A stretch of DNA of 64,000 bases, from NCBI GenBank assembly GCA_963716255.1, contig OY970303.1, positions 6,720,001-6,784,000 of the forward strand, in the 5' to 3' direction. Each line of letters starts with the position of its first letter. The first letter of the stretch is position 1. Made by a program: the position numbers and the translations under genes. This document shows, piece by piece, positions 32,101-59,408 of the stretch. A model generated the notes under the pieces. It was not told the DNA's origin. It saw only the letters and a program-made list of their open reading frames with translations, and did not search any database. Origin of the DNA: an uncultured Gemmatimonadales bacterium (GTDB lineage Bacteria > Gemmatimonadota > Gemmatimonadetes > Longimicrobiales > Longimicrobiaceae).

Positions 32101-35100
32101 CACGCCCACCGAGGAGCTGCTGGGCGGAATCTGGTCCGAGGTGCTGGGCGTGGAGCGCGTCGGGGCGGCGGACAGCTTCTTCGAGCTGGGGGGGCACTCG
32201 CTGCTGGCCACGCAGGTGGTCTCGCGGGTGCGCCGGACGCTCGGGGTGGAGCTGCCGCTGCGGGCCGTATTCGCGGCGCCCACGCTGGCGGCGCTGGCCG
32301 GGCGCGTGGACGCGCTGCGGGGCACGGGCGCGGGGGCGGCGCCTCCCATCGGGCGGGCGCCGCGCGAGGGGCCCGTCCCGCTCTCCTTCGCGCAGCAGCG
32401 GCTGTGGCTGCTGGACCGGATCGAGCCGGGCAGCCCCGCCTACAACATGCCGGCCGCGCTGCGGGTGCGCGGCCCGCTGGACGCCGCCGCCCTGCGGGCC
32501 GCGCTGGACGGGCTGGTGCGGCGCCACGAGACGCTGCGCACCACGTTCGCCGAGCACCGCGGCGCGCCGGTGCAGGTCGTCCACGCGCCCGCGCCCGCGG
32601 CGCTGCGGGTGGCCGACCTGCGCGCCCTCCCGGCGGAGGCGCGGGAGGGCGAGGCCCGGCGCCTCGCGGAGGCGGAGGCTCGCCGCCCCTTCGACCTGGC
32701 GCGCGGGCCGCTGCTGCGCGCCACGCTGCTGCGCACGGCGGACGACGAGGCCACGGTGCTCTTCAACATGCACCACGTGGCCGGCGACGGCTGGAGCATG
32801 GGCGTGCTCACCCGCGAGCTTTCCGCGATGTACGAAGCGCGGCTGCGCGGCGAGGAGGCGCGCCTGCCGGAGCTGCCGGTGCAGTACGCCGACTTCGCCG
32901 CGTGGCAGCGGGCCTGGCTCTCGGGCGCGGTCCTGGAGGCGCACGTCGGCTGGTGGCGGGCGCAGCTCGCGGACGCCCCCGCGCTGCTGGAGCTGCCCAC
33001 CGACCGGCCCCGGCCCGCCGTTCCGGACGGCTCCGGGGCTTGGCTCCCGGTCCGGGTGGGGGCGGAGACCGCGGCGGGGCTGCGGGCGCTGTCGCGCCGC
33101 GAGGGCGCGACGCCGTTCATGACGCTGCTGGCCGCCTGGCAGCTCCTGCTGGCCCGCTACGCCGGGCAGGACGACGTGCTGGTGGGCACCCCCGTCGCCG
33201 GACGCGGCCGGCTGGAGACGGAAGGGCTGATCGGCTTCTTCGTCAACACCCTGGTGCTGCGCGCGGAGGTTCGCGGCGACGCCGGATTCGCCGACCTGCT
33301 GCGCCAGGTGCGGGAGCGGACGCTGGGCGCGTACCAGCACCAGGAGCTCCCCTTCGAGAAGCTGGTGGAGGAGCTGGGAGTGGAGCGGAGCCTGGCGCAC
33401 ACGCCGCTCTTCCAGGTCATGTTCGCCCTGCAGAACGCCGAACAGGGCGAGCTGCGCCTGGGCGGGGCGGAGGTGGAGGCGCTGGAGCGGGGCGCGCCGG
33501 CGGCCAAGTTCGACCTGACGCTGAGCCTGGCCGGGGCGGGGGACGGGCTCCGCGGCGAGCTGGAGTACCGGAGCGGGCTGTGGGACGCCGCGACCGCCGA
33601 GCGCATGGCGGGGCACTACCTGGCCGTGCTGGAGTCCGTGGCGGCGGATCCGCGGCGGCGCCTGTGGGAGGTGGAGCTGCTGGGGGACGCGGAGCGGCGC
33701 CGGGTGCTGGAGGAGTGGAACCGTACGGAGGCCGAGTACCCCGCCGCCGCGTGCATCCACCACCTGTTCGAGGCCCAGGTCGAGCGAACCCCGGATGCCG
33801 TCGCGGTGGTGTTCGAGCGGGAGCGGCTGACGTACGCCGAGCTGAACGGGCGCGCCAACCGCCTCGCCCACCACCTCGTGCGCCTGGGCGTGGGGCCGGA
33901 GGTGCGGGTGGGGATCTGCCAGGAGCGCGGGGCGAGCCTGGTGGTGTCGCTGCTGGCCGTGCTCAAGGCCGGCGGGGCGTACGTGCCGCTGGACCCGGCC
34001 TATCCCGCCGAGCGCCTGCGGTTCACGCTCGCGGACGCCGGCGTGGCGGTGCTGCTCGCGCAGGACTCGCTGCGCGGCGTCGTCCCGGTGCCGCACGGCG
34101 TGCGCGTCGTCGACCCGGACGCCCGCGCGGCCGGGGCCGCGGGCGCGGACGACCGGGACCCGCGCGCCCCGGCGGCGCCGGACAACCTGGCGTACGTCAT
34201 CTACACCTCCGGCTCCACGGGCGTCCCCAAGGGCGTCGCCATCGAGCACCGGAGTGCCGTCGCCCTGCTCGCCTGGGCGGCCGGCGTGTACTCGCCCGCG
34301 GAGCTTTCCGGCGTCCTGGCGTCCACCTCCATCTGCTTCGACCTGTCGGTCTTCGAGATCTTCCTGCCGCTCTGCCGGGGCGGGAGCGTCGTGGTCGTGG
34401 AGAACGCGCTCGCGGTGGCGCGCTCGGCGGCGGCCGGCGAGGTGCGGCTGATGAACACCGTCCCCTCGGCGATCGCGGCCCTGCTGAAGGACGGCGGCCT
34501 GCCGGCGGGGGTGACGACCGTCAACCTGGCCGGCGAGCCGCTGCGCGCGGAGCTGGTGGACGCGCTGTACGCCCGGGGCGCGATCGAGCGCGTCTACGAC
34601 CTGTACGGCCCGTCGGAAGACACCACCTACAGCACCTGGGCGCTGCGCCGGGCGGGGGGCCCGGCGACGATCGGGAGGCCCATCTCCAACGGCCGGGCGT
34701 ACGTGCTGGACGCGCACGGCGTCCCCGTGCCCGTGGGAGTGGCCGGCGAGCTGTACCTGGGCGGGGCGGGGGTGGCGCGGGGGTACCTGGGGAGGTCCGG
34801 GCTGACGGCGGAGCGCTTCGTCCCCGACCCCTTCGCCCCCGGGCCGGGCGCGCGCCTGTACCGCACGGGCGACCGGGCTCGCTGGCTCGCTCCGGGGGAG
34901 CTGGAGTTCCTGGGCCGCATCGACCAGCAGGTCAAGGTGCGCGGCTTCCGCGTCGAGCCGGGCGAGGTGGAGGCCGCGCTCGCGGCGCTGCCGCAGGTGC
35001 GGGAAGCCGCCGTCGTGCTGCGCGAGGACGACCCGGACGGCGCGCGCCTGGTCGCCTACGTGGTCGCGGAGGAGGGGGCCGCGGCCGACGCGCAGGCGGA

Positions 35101-38100
35101 GCTGCGGGCCGGGCTCCGTTCGCGCCTGCCGGAGCACATGGTGCCGGCCGCCTTCGTCGTGCTGGACGCCCTGCCGCTGACCCCCAACGGCAAGCTGGAC
35201 CGCCGCGCCCTCCCCGCGCCGGGGCGGAGCGGCGAGTCCCGCGGCGGCCCGCTCACCGACACCGAGCGCGCCGTGGTGGGGATCTGGGAGGAGGAGCTGG
35301 GCGCGGCGGGCGTGGGCGCCGCCGACAACTTCTTCGACCTGGGCGGACACTCGCTCCTGCTGGTGCGGGTGCACGCCCGCCTGGAGGCGCTCTTCCCCGG
35401 GCGGGCGGCGCTGATCGACCTGTTCGAGCACCGCACGCTCGGCGGGCTCGCGGCCCACCTGGACCGGCGGGGGCCGGCGCGGGCGCCGTCCGCGCCGCGG
35501 GAGGCCGGGACGCCCCGCCGGGCCGTCCGCGGCACGGGGCGCGAGGTGGCGGTCGTGGGGATGGCGGGCCGGTTCCCGGGCGCGCGCGACCTGGACGAGT
35601 TCTGGAGCAACCTCCGCGCGGGCGTCCGCTCCATCCGCCGCTTCAGCGACGAGGAATTGAAGGCCGCCGGGGTGCCGCGCCGCGAGCGCGAGGCCCCCGG
35701 CTACGTTCCCGCCGCCGGGGTGCTGGACGGGGCCGAGCTGTTCGACGCCGCCTTCTTCGGCGTCACCCCGCGGGAGGCGGTGGCGATGAACCCGCAGCAC
35801 CGCGTGTTCCTGGAGGTGGCGTGGGAAGCGCTGGAGCGGGCGGGGTACGCGTCGGACGCGTACCGCGGACGCATCGGCGTGTACGCCGCCGAGGGGCAGA
35901 ACCGCTACCTGCTGGAAGTGCTCGCGCGGCCGGAGCTGGTGGCGGCGCTGGGCGAGATGCAGGTGTTCCTGTCCAACTCCGCGTCGGCGGCGACGCTGGC
36001 GTCGTTCAAGCTGGACCTGGTGGGTCCCAGCATGAACGTGCAGACGGCGTGCTCCTCGTCGCTGGTCGCCGTGGACCTGGCCTGCCGCGGCCTGCTGGAC
36101 GGCGTGGCGGACGTGGCGCTGGCCGGCGGCGTCCGCGTGGACGTGCCGCGCATCCGCGGCTACCTGCACCAGGAGGGCGGGATCCTGTCGCCCACCGGCG
36201 AGTGCACCCCCTTCGACGCGTCGGCGCGCGGCACGGTGTCCGGGAGCGGCGTGGGGGTCGTGGTGCTGAAGCGGCTGGACGACGCGCTCGCCGACGGGGA
36301 CACGGTGCTGGCGACCATCCGCGGCACCGGCGTGACCAACGACGGGGGGCGCAAGGTGGGGTTCACGGCCCCGGCGCGCGAGGGGCAGGCGGCGGCGATC
36401 GCGGAGGCGCTGGCGGTGGCCGGCGTGGAGCCGGCGGAGGTCTCGTACGTGGAGGCGCACGGCTCCGGGACCGAGGTGGGCGACCCCATCGAGGTCGCCG
36501 CGCTCGTCTCCGCCTTCGGCGAGGGGCCCGCGGGGAGCTGCGCCCTGGGCTCGGTCAAGTCCAGCGTCGGCCACCTGGACGCCGCGGCCGGCGTGGTGGG
36601 GCTGATCAAGACGGTGCTGGCGCTCCAGCACGGGGAGATCCCCCCGTCGCCGTACTTCCGCGAGCCCAACCCCCGCATCGACTTCGAACGCTCCCCCTTC
36701 TACGTCAGCCCCGAGCTGCGCCCCTGGCCGGGCGGCGGCGGGCCGCGCCGGGCGGGGGTGAGCTCCTTCGGCCTGGGCGGGACCAACGCGCACGTGGTGC
36801 TGGAGGAGGCCCCCGAGCCGGCGCCGTCCGGCCCGTCGCGCCCCCTGCAGCTGCTGGTGCTTTCCGCGCGCACCCCCGCCGCGCTGGAAACGGCGACCGA
36901 CCGGCTGGCGGCGCACCTGCGCGACCACCCGGAGCAGGAGCTGGCCGACGCGGCGCACACGCTGCGCGTGGGGCGGCGCCGCTTCGAGCAGCGGCGCGTG
37001 CTGGTGTGCCGCGGCCGGGAGGACGCCGTGTCCGCCCTGGAGGCCCGCGACGCCCGGCGGCTGCTGGAAGCGGCCCGGGAGCGCGACGACCGGCCGGTGG
37101 CGTTCCTGTTCCCCGGCGTGGGCGACCACTACGCGCAGATGGCGCGCGGGCTGTACGAGGCCGAGCCCGTCTTCCGCGCCGAGGTGGACCGCTGCGCCGG
37201 TCTGCTGCGGGCGCACGCCGGCGGCGACGTGCGCGCGGCGCTCTTTTCCGGCGAGCCCGCCCCGGAGCAGGCCCCCGGCGGCGGAGCGGCGGCGGACGCG
37301 GGCGGCTCCGTCGACCTGCGCGCCATGCTGGGCCGCGGCGGCTCGGTGGCCGACCCGCTCGGGCGCACCGAGCTGGCGCACCCGGCGACCTTCGTGGTGG
37401 AGTACGCCCTGGCGCGGCTGTGGATGAGCTGGGGCGTGCGCCCGGACGCCATGATCGGCCACTCGCTGGGCGAGTACGTGGCGGCCACGCTGGCCGGCGT
37501 CTTCGAGCTGGAGGACGCCCTCGCGCTGCTGGCCGAGCGCGCCCGGCTGATCGCGGCGCTGCCGGCCGGCGCCATGCTCGCCGTGCCCATGGACCCCGCG
37601 GCGCTCCGTCCGCGGCTGCGCGGCGCCCTCGCGCTTGCCGCGCACAACGCGCCGGGGCTGTGCACCGTTTCCGGCCCCGCCGCCGAGGTGGCGGCGCTGG
37701 AGGCGGAGCTTGCCGCGGCCGGCCTGGCGTGCCGGCGCCTGAACGCGGAGCACGCCTTCCACTCGGCGGCGATGGAGCCGGTGGCCGAGCGCCTGGCGGA
37801 GCGGCTGCGCGCCATGCGCCTGGCCGCGCCGGAGATCCCCTTCGTCTCCAACGTGACCGGGACGTGGATCCGCGCGGAGGAGGCGACCGACCCGGCGTAC
37901 TGGACGCGCCACCTGTGCGGCACGGTGAGGTTCGCGGAGGGGATGGCGGAGCTGCTGCGCGACCGGACCCGGGTGCTTCTGGAGGTGGGTCCGGGGCGCA
38001 CGCTGGGGACCTTCGCGCTCCACGCGGGCGCCCCGCAGGCGGCCGTGTTCGCGTCGCTGCGGCACGCCTACACGCGCCAGGCGGACCCGGCCTTCCTGCT

Positions 38101-41100
38101 GGAAACGCTGGGGCGGCTGTGGATGGCGGGCGTACAGGTGGACTGGGACGGCTTCGCCGCGGGGGAGCAGCGGCGGCGCGTCCCCCTGCCCACCTACCCG
38201 TTCGAGCGCCAGGCGTACTGGGTGGAGCCCCGGCGGCGCCGGCGCCGCAGGGACCGTGGAGCCCCGGCCCGCGCGTCCGCGGCGGGGCCGGCTCCGCTCC
38301 GGGCGGAGCGGCCGGAGCCCGGGCCGGCGGACGGGGGCGCGGGGGAGCTGCCGGGGCTCCTGCCCAGGCCGGAGACCGGCGTGCGCTACGTCGCGCCGGC
38401 CGGGGAGGCGGAGGAGCGCATGGCCGCGCTGTGGAGGGACCTGCTCGGGTTCGAGCGGGTGGGCGCGCACGACGACTTCTTTGCGCTGGGCGGCCACTCG
38501 CTGCTTGCCATGCAGCTGGTCTCGCGCGTGCGGGCCGCGTCCGGCGCGGACCTCCCGCTGACCGCCGTGTTCGAGGCGCCCACGGTGGCCGCCCTGGCCG
38601 AGCGCGTGGAGGCGGCGCGCCGCGCCGGCGCGGCGTCCGCCGCGCCCCCGCTGGCGCCGCTGCCGCGCGACGGAGGTCCGCTGCCGGCCTCGTTCGCGCA
38701 GCGGCGGCTCTGGTTCGTGCAGCAGATGGAGCCGCGGAGCTGGGCCTACAACATGGCGTTCCCGCTGCGCCTCGCGGGCACGCTGGACGCGCGGGCGCTG
38801 CGGCGGGCGCTGACCGCGGTCGTGGCCCGGCACGAAGCCCTGCGCACCACGCTGGAGGAGCGCGGCGGCGAGCCCGTGCAGGTGATCCACCCGCCCGCTC
38901 CCGTGCGGCTGCCCACGGTGGAGCTGCGCGGCCTCCCGGCGGAGGCGCGCGAGCGCGAGGCGCGGCGGCTGGCCGAGGCGGAGGCGCGCCGCCCCTTCGA
39001 CCTGGGGCGCGGGCCGCTGCTGCGCGCCACGCTGCTGCGCCTGGGCGGCGAGGAGGCGGCGGCGCTGTTCACGCTGCACCACGTCGTCACCGACGGGTGG
39101 AGCATGGAGGTGCTGGTGCGCGAAGTGTCCGCGCTGTACGCGGCGGAGCAGGGCGGCGAGGAGGCGCGCCTCGCCCCGCTGCCGGTGCAGTACGCGGACT
39201 ACGCGGCCTGGCAGCACGCCCGGCTCTCCGGCGAGGCCCTGGAGGCGGAGCTGGCGTACTGGCGCGGGCGCCTGGCCGGGGCCCCGCCGCTGCTGGAGGT
39301 CCCCACCGACCGGCCCCGCGCCGTGGAGCAGGACCCCCGGGCGGACAGCCGCTCCCTCGTGCTCCCGCCCGGGGTGTCGCGGGGGCTGCGGCGGCTCGCG
39401 CGCGGGGAGGGCGCGACGCCGTTCATGGTGCTGCTGGCCGGGTGGCAGGCGCTGCTGGGGCGCTGGTCCGGGCAGGACGACGTCCTCGTGGGCACGCCGG
39501 TCGCGGGCCGCACGCGCACCGAGCTGGAGGGGCTGATCGGCTTCTTCGCCAACACGCTGGTGCTGCGCGCCGACCTGTCGGGCGGGCCGTCGTTCCGCGC
39601 GCTGCTGGGCCGCGTGCGCGAGGCGGCGCTCGGCGCCTACGCGCACCAGGAGGTGCCCTTCGACCGGCTGGTGGAGGCGCTGGCCCCCGAGCGCAGCCTG
39701 CTTCACACCCCGCTCTTCCAGGTGATGTTCGCCCTGGAGGAGGCGGACGGGGACGGCGTGCGCCTGGGCGGGGTGCGGGCCGGACCGCTCGCCGCCGCCG
39801 CCGCCGTGGCCCGGTTCGACCTGGAGCTGGAGATGCGGGAGGAGGGCGGCGCCCTGGCGGCGACGCTGGCGTTCCGCGCCGAGCTGTTCGACGCGGCCAC
39901 CGCCGGGCGGATGCTCGCGCACCTGGGCCGCCTGCTGGAGGCCGTGGCCGCGGACCCGGAGCGCCGCCCCGGCGAGGTGGAGCTGCTCGACCCGGCCGAG
40001 CGGGAGCAGCTGCTGGCCGCGGGCCGCTCCGCCGCCGCGCCGGGCGCCGATCTGTGCCTCCACGAGCTGTTCCTGCGCCAGGCCGCGGCCACCCCGGACG
40101 CGCCCGCCGTGCTTCACGGCGCGGGGACGCTCACCTACGCCGGGCTGGAGCGCCGCTCCGCGGCGCTCGCCGCCACCCTGCGCGGCCTGGGGGTGGGCCC
40201 CGAGGCGCCCGTGGGCGTGTGCCTGGGGTGGAGCCCGGAGCTGGTGGCCGCCGCGCTGGGCGTGATGCGCGCCGGCGGCGTCTACCTTCCCCTGGACCCC
40301 GCGTACCCGGCGGAGCGCCTGGCCCACGTGCTGGAGGACTCCGGCGCGCGGGTGCTGCTGACCCGCGAGGGGCTGCTGGAGCGGTTCGGCTCGTTCGGCG
40401 GGCGGGTCGTCGCGCTGGATGCTCCCCCCCCGGAGCACGGAGATGCCGTCGGCGCGGGCGCACTTTCGCGCTCCCCCGCTTCCGCACTTTCGCACCCGTC
40501 GTCTCTCGCCTACGTCGTCTACACCTCCGGCTCCACCGGCCGCCCCAAGGGCGTCGCCGTGGAGCACCGGGCGGCGGTGGCGCACTTCCTGGCGTTCCGC
40601 GATCTGGCCGGGCTGGAATCCTCGGACCGGGTGGTGGCGTTCGCGTCGCCGGGGTTCGACGTGGCGCTGGACGAGATCTTCCCCACGCTCTTCGCCGGCG
40701 CGGCGCTGGTGGTGGCGGGGGCCGAGCCCCCGAGCCCCGCGGAGTTCCTGCCGCGGCTCGCGGAGCTGGGCGTCACCGTCGCCAACCTGCCGCCGGCGTA
40801 CTGGCGGGCCGCGTCCGAGGAGGCCGCCGGTCGGGGCGGCGCGCCGGCCGGGCTGCGCATGGTGATGGTGGGCGGCGAGGCCGTCCCCGTGGAAGGCGTG
40901 CTGCGCTGGCGGGAGGGCGCGGGCTCCCACGTGCGGCTGATGAACGGCTACGGCCCCACGGAAACGGTGGTCACCGCCACCCAGTGGGAGATCCCGGCCG
41001 GTTTCCCGGACGGCTTTTCCGGCGCCGTCGTGCCCATCGGCGCCCCGGTGGGCGGGCGGACCGCGTACGTGCTGGACGCCGCCGGCGGGCTCGCTCCCGC

Positions 41101-44100
41101 GGGCGTCCCCGGCGAGCTGCACCTGGGCGGGCCGGTGCTGGCGCGCGGCTACCTGGGACGGCCGGAGCCGACCGCCGAGCGCTTCGTCCCCGACCCGTTC
41201 GCCGCGGAGCCGGGCGCGCGCGCGTACCGCACCGGCGACCGGGCGCGCTGGCTTCCCGGCGGCACGCTGGAGTTCCTGGGCCGTCTGGACCAGCAGGTCA
41301 AGATCCGCGGCTTCCGCATCGAGCCCGGCGAGGTCGAGGCCGCGCTGCGCCGGCACCCCGGCGTGGGCGATTGCGCGGTGGCGGCGCGCGACGACGCCCC
41401 GGGGGGGAGGCGGCTGGTGGCGTACGTGGTGGGCGACGCGGAGGCGGACGCGCTGCGCTCGCACCTGCGGCGGAGCCTGCCCGAGTACATGGTGCCGGGC
41501 GCCTTCGTCGCGCTGGAGCGGCTGCCGCTGACGCCCAGCGGCAAGCTGGACCGCGGGGCGCTCCCCGCGCCGGAGTACGGCCCGGGCGAGGCGGGCTACG
41601 TGGCGCCGCGCACCCCCACGGAGGAGGTGCTGGCGGGGATCTGGGCGGAGACGCTGCGCCTGGACCGGGTGGGCGCCGAAGGGAGCTTCTTCGAGCTGGG
41701 CGGCCACTCGCTTCTGGCGATGCGGGCGGTGTCGCGCATCCGCGAAGTGCTGGGCGCCGAGCTGCCGCTGCGCGCGCTGTTCGAGGCGCCCGGCGTGGCG
41801 GCGCTGGCCGAGCGCGTGGACGCGCTGCGGCGCGCGGGATCCCCCGCGCTTCCGGCGATCGTCCCGGCGGAGCGCCGCGGGGCGCTGCCGCTGTCCTTTG
41901 CGCAGGAGCGGCTCTGGTTCCTGCACCGGCTCCACCCGGAGAACGTCTCCTACAACGTCCCCGCGCCGCTGCGGCTGCGCGGCGCGCTGGACGCGGCGGC
42001 GCTGGCGCGCGCGCTGGGCGAGGTCGTGCGCCGCCACGAAGCGCTGCGCACGACGTTCCCGGAGCGCGACGGCGCCCCCGTCCAGGAGGTCGCCCCCTCC
42101 GGCGGCTTCGCGCTCCCGGTGGAGGACCTGTCCGGGCTCGGCGAAGCCGCGCGCGAGGCGGAGGTGCGCCGCCGCGTGGCGGAGGACGCGGCGCGGCCCT
42201 TCGACCTGGGGGCGGGGCCGCTCTTCCGGGTGGAGCTGCTGCGGCTCGCGGCGAACGAGCACGTGCTGCTGGCGTGCATGCACCACATCGTCTTCGACGA
42301 GTGGAGCGTGGGCGTGCTGCTGCGCGAGCTGTCGGCGCTGTACGGCGCCTTCACCCGGGGCGAGCCCTCCCCGCTCCCGGAGCCGGCGGTGCAGTACGCC
42401 GACTACGCGGTGTGGCAGCGCCGCGTGCTCCGGGGCGAGGCGCTGGAGGGGCAGGTGGCGTACTGGCGGGAGCGGCTGGCCGGCGCGCCCGCGCTGCTGG
42501 AGCTGCCCACCGACCGTCCCCGCCCCGTGGTGCGGACGTACCGCGGCGCGCGGGAGCGGGCGGAGCTCCCGCGCGAGCTGCTGGACCGGCTCACGGCACT
42601 GGGGCGCGGTGCGGGAGCGACGCTGTTCATGACGCTGCTGGGTGCCTTCCAGGTGCTTCTCTCGAAGTACGCCGGGACCGACGACGTGGTGGTGGGCAGC
42701 CCCATCGCGGGACGGACGCGCCGGGAGACCGAGGGGCTGATCGGCTTCTTCCTCAACACGCTGGTGCTGCGGGCGGACCTGTCGGGCGATCCCGCGTTCG
42801 GCGAGGCGCTGCGGCGGGTGCGGGCGGCGACGCTGGGGGCGTACGAGCACCAGGACGTGCCCTTCGAAAGGCTGGTGGATGCGCTCCAGTCCGAGCGCAG
42901 CCTGGGCCACGCGCCGCTCTTCCAGGTGATGTTCGTGCTGGAAGGGGCCGAGGAGCCGGAGGGCGGCCTGGCGGGCGTCGAGACGGAGGCGCTGGTCCAG
43001 GAGAGCGGGACGAGCAAGTTCGACCTGACGCTGAGCATGGCGGCGCGCGCGGACGGGCTGGCCGCCGGGCTGGAATACGACACGGACCTGTTCGACCGCG
43101 GCACCGTGCGGCGCATGCTGGAGCACCTGGAGCGGGTGCTGGAGCAGGTCGCCGCCGATCCCGGCGTGCGCCTGTCGGCGCTGGAGCTGCTGGGCGATGC
43201 GGAGCGCCGCCAGGTGCTGGAAGCGTGGAACCGCACGGAGGCGGAGTATCCCGCGGACCGCTGCGTACACGAGCTGTTCGAGGCGCAGGTGGAGCGCACG
43301 CCGGACGCCGTGGCCGTCGTCCGCGGGGAGGCGTCGCTCACCTACCGGGAGCTGAACGCGCGCGCCAACCGGCTGGCGCGCCACCTCCGAGGGAGGGGGG
43401 TGGGGCCGGAAAGCCGGGTGGCCGTCTGCGTGGAGCGCTCGGCCGAGCTGCTGGTGGCCCTGCTGGGGGTGCTCAAGGCCGGCGGCGCCTACGTCCCGCT
43501 GGACCCGTCGTATCCCGGGGAGCGGCTGCGGTACTTGCTCCGGGACAGCCGGCCGGCGGCGGTGCTGAGCCAGGCGTCGTTCGCGGGGCTGTTCGCGACG
43601 GCCGGCGTGCCGGTGGTCGAGCTCGGCGCGGCCGCGCCGGGGTGGGAGGCCCGGCCGGAGCCGAACCCGGAGCGCGGGGGCCTCGCCGCCTCCCACCTGG
43701 CGTACCTGATCTACACCTCCGGCTCCACCGGCCGGCCCAAGGGCGTGATGGTCGAGCACCGGGCGCTGACCCACTACGCCGCGTGGGCGGCTTCCCGGTA
43801 CGCGGACGGGCAACCGCTCCGCTTCCCGCTGTACTCCGCGGTCACCTTCGACCTGACGGTGACCTCCATCTACGTCCCGCTGCTCACCGGCGGCGCCGTG
43901 GTGGTCTACGGCGAGGAAGCGGGCGGCGAGCCGGCGGTGGTGCGGGTGTTCGAGGACGACGCCGTCGACGTCGTGAAGCTGACGCCGTCCCACCTGGCGC
44001 TGCTGGACCGGCACGACCTGGGGTCGCTGCGCATCGGGAAGCTGGTCGTGGGCGGCGAGGAGCTGGGGACGGCGCCGGCGCGCTCGGTCCACGACCGGTC

Positions 44101-45099
44101 GGGCGGAAAGCTGGAGATCCACAACGAGTACGGCCCCACGGAGGCCGCGGTGGGGTGCATGATCCACCGCTTCGACCCGGACGGCGACGGGCGGGGCTCG
44201 GTGCCCATCGGCCGGCCGATCGCGAACACGCGCGTCTACGTGCTGGACGGCTGGGGGGAGCCGGTGCCGGCCGGGGTGGCGGGCGAGCTGTACGTGGGCG
44301 GGGCGGGGCTGGCGCGCGGGTACGCGGGGCGCCCGGAGCTGACGGCGGAGCGTTTCGTCCCGGATCCCTTCGGGGCGGAGCCGGGAGGGCGGCTGTACCG
44401 CACGGGGGACCGGGCGCGGTGGCGCGGCGGCGGGACCATGGAGTTCCTGGGCCGGGTCGACCACCAGGTCAAGGTGCGCGGCTTCCGGATCGAGCCGGGC
44501 GAGGTGGAGGCGCGGCTGGCGGAGCACCCCGCGGTGCGCGAGGCCGTGGTCGCGGCGCGGGAGGACGCGCCCGGGGACCTACGGCTGGTGGCGTACTGGG
44601 TGGGCGGGGAGGACATCGAAGCCGGGGAACTGCGCGCGCACCTGGCCGAGCGGCTGCCGGCGTACATGCTGCCGGCGGCGTACGTGCGGCTGGCGAGCCT
44701 GCCTCTCACCCCCAGCGGCAAGACCGACCGGGCGGCGCTCCCCGCCCCGGAGGACGACGCCCGCGCGCGGCGCGCGTACGTGGCGCCCGAGGGCGAGGTG
44801 GAGACCGCGCTGGCGGAGGTGTGGGCGGAGGTGCTGGGCGTGGAGCGGGTGGGACGCCTCGACAACTTCTTCGAGCTGGGCGGCCACTCCCTGCTGGCGG
44901 TCAGGCTGATCGAGCGCATGCGGCAGGCGGGCCTCCACGCGGACGTTCAGGTGCTGTTCACCGCGCCCACGCTGGCGGCGCTGGTGGCCGCGGTGGAGGG
45001 GGAGGGGGAGCCCCACGAGGTCGAGCTCCCGGCCAACCTGATCCCCGCGCCCGCGCCGGACGACCCGGAGGACGATTTCGAGGGGCCCGAATTCTATCT

Positions 45100-45103
<4 letters not shown>
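29159..45103 (+). CDS. Hybrid NRPS-PKS 'gene D': C-A(Ser)-T-C-A(Ala)-T-KS-AT-ACP-C-A(X)-T-C-A(Asn)-T, ~5300 aa; start codon uncertain
   Basis: Frame of track ORF 28784..45103. Homology begins at IEDVYPLSPVQQGM (~29204); GTG 29159 is the nearest plausible start. Codes by eye: DVWHVSLVDK, DLFNNALTYK, DVDNMGGVTK, DLTKVGEVGK. KS QTACSSS, HGSGT, GHL. AT GHSLG, HAFH. Confidence 0.94.
40459..40498 (+). repeat. 5 x 8-nt tandem repeat (CGCACTTT-type) in an A-domain loop
   Basis: CGCACTTT CGCGCTCC CCCGCTTC CGCACTTT CGCACCCG, encoding ALSRSPASALSHP before [14 protein letters not shown]. Confidence 0.8.
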
Positions 45104-59400
<14,297 letters not shown>

Positions 59401-59408
<8 letters not shown>

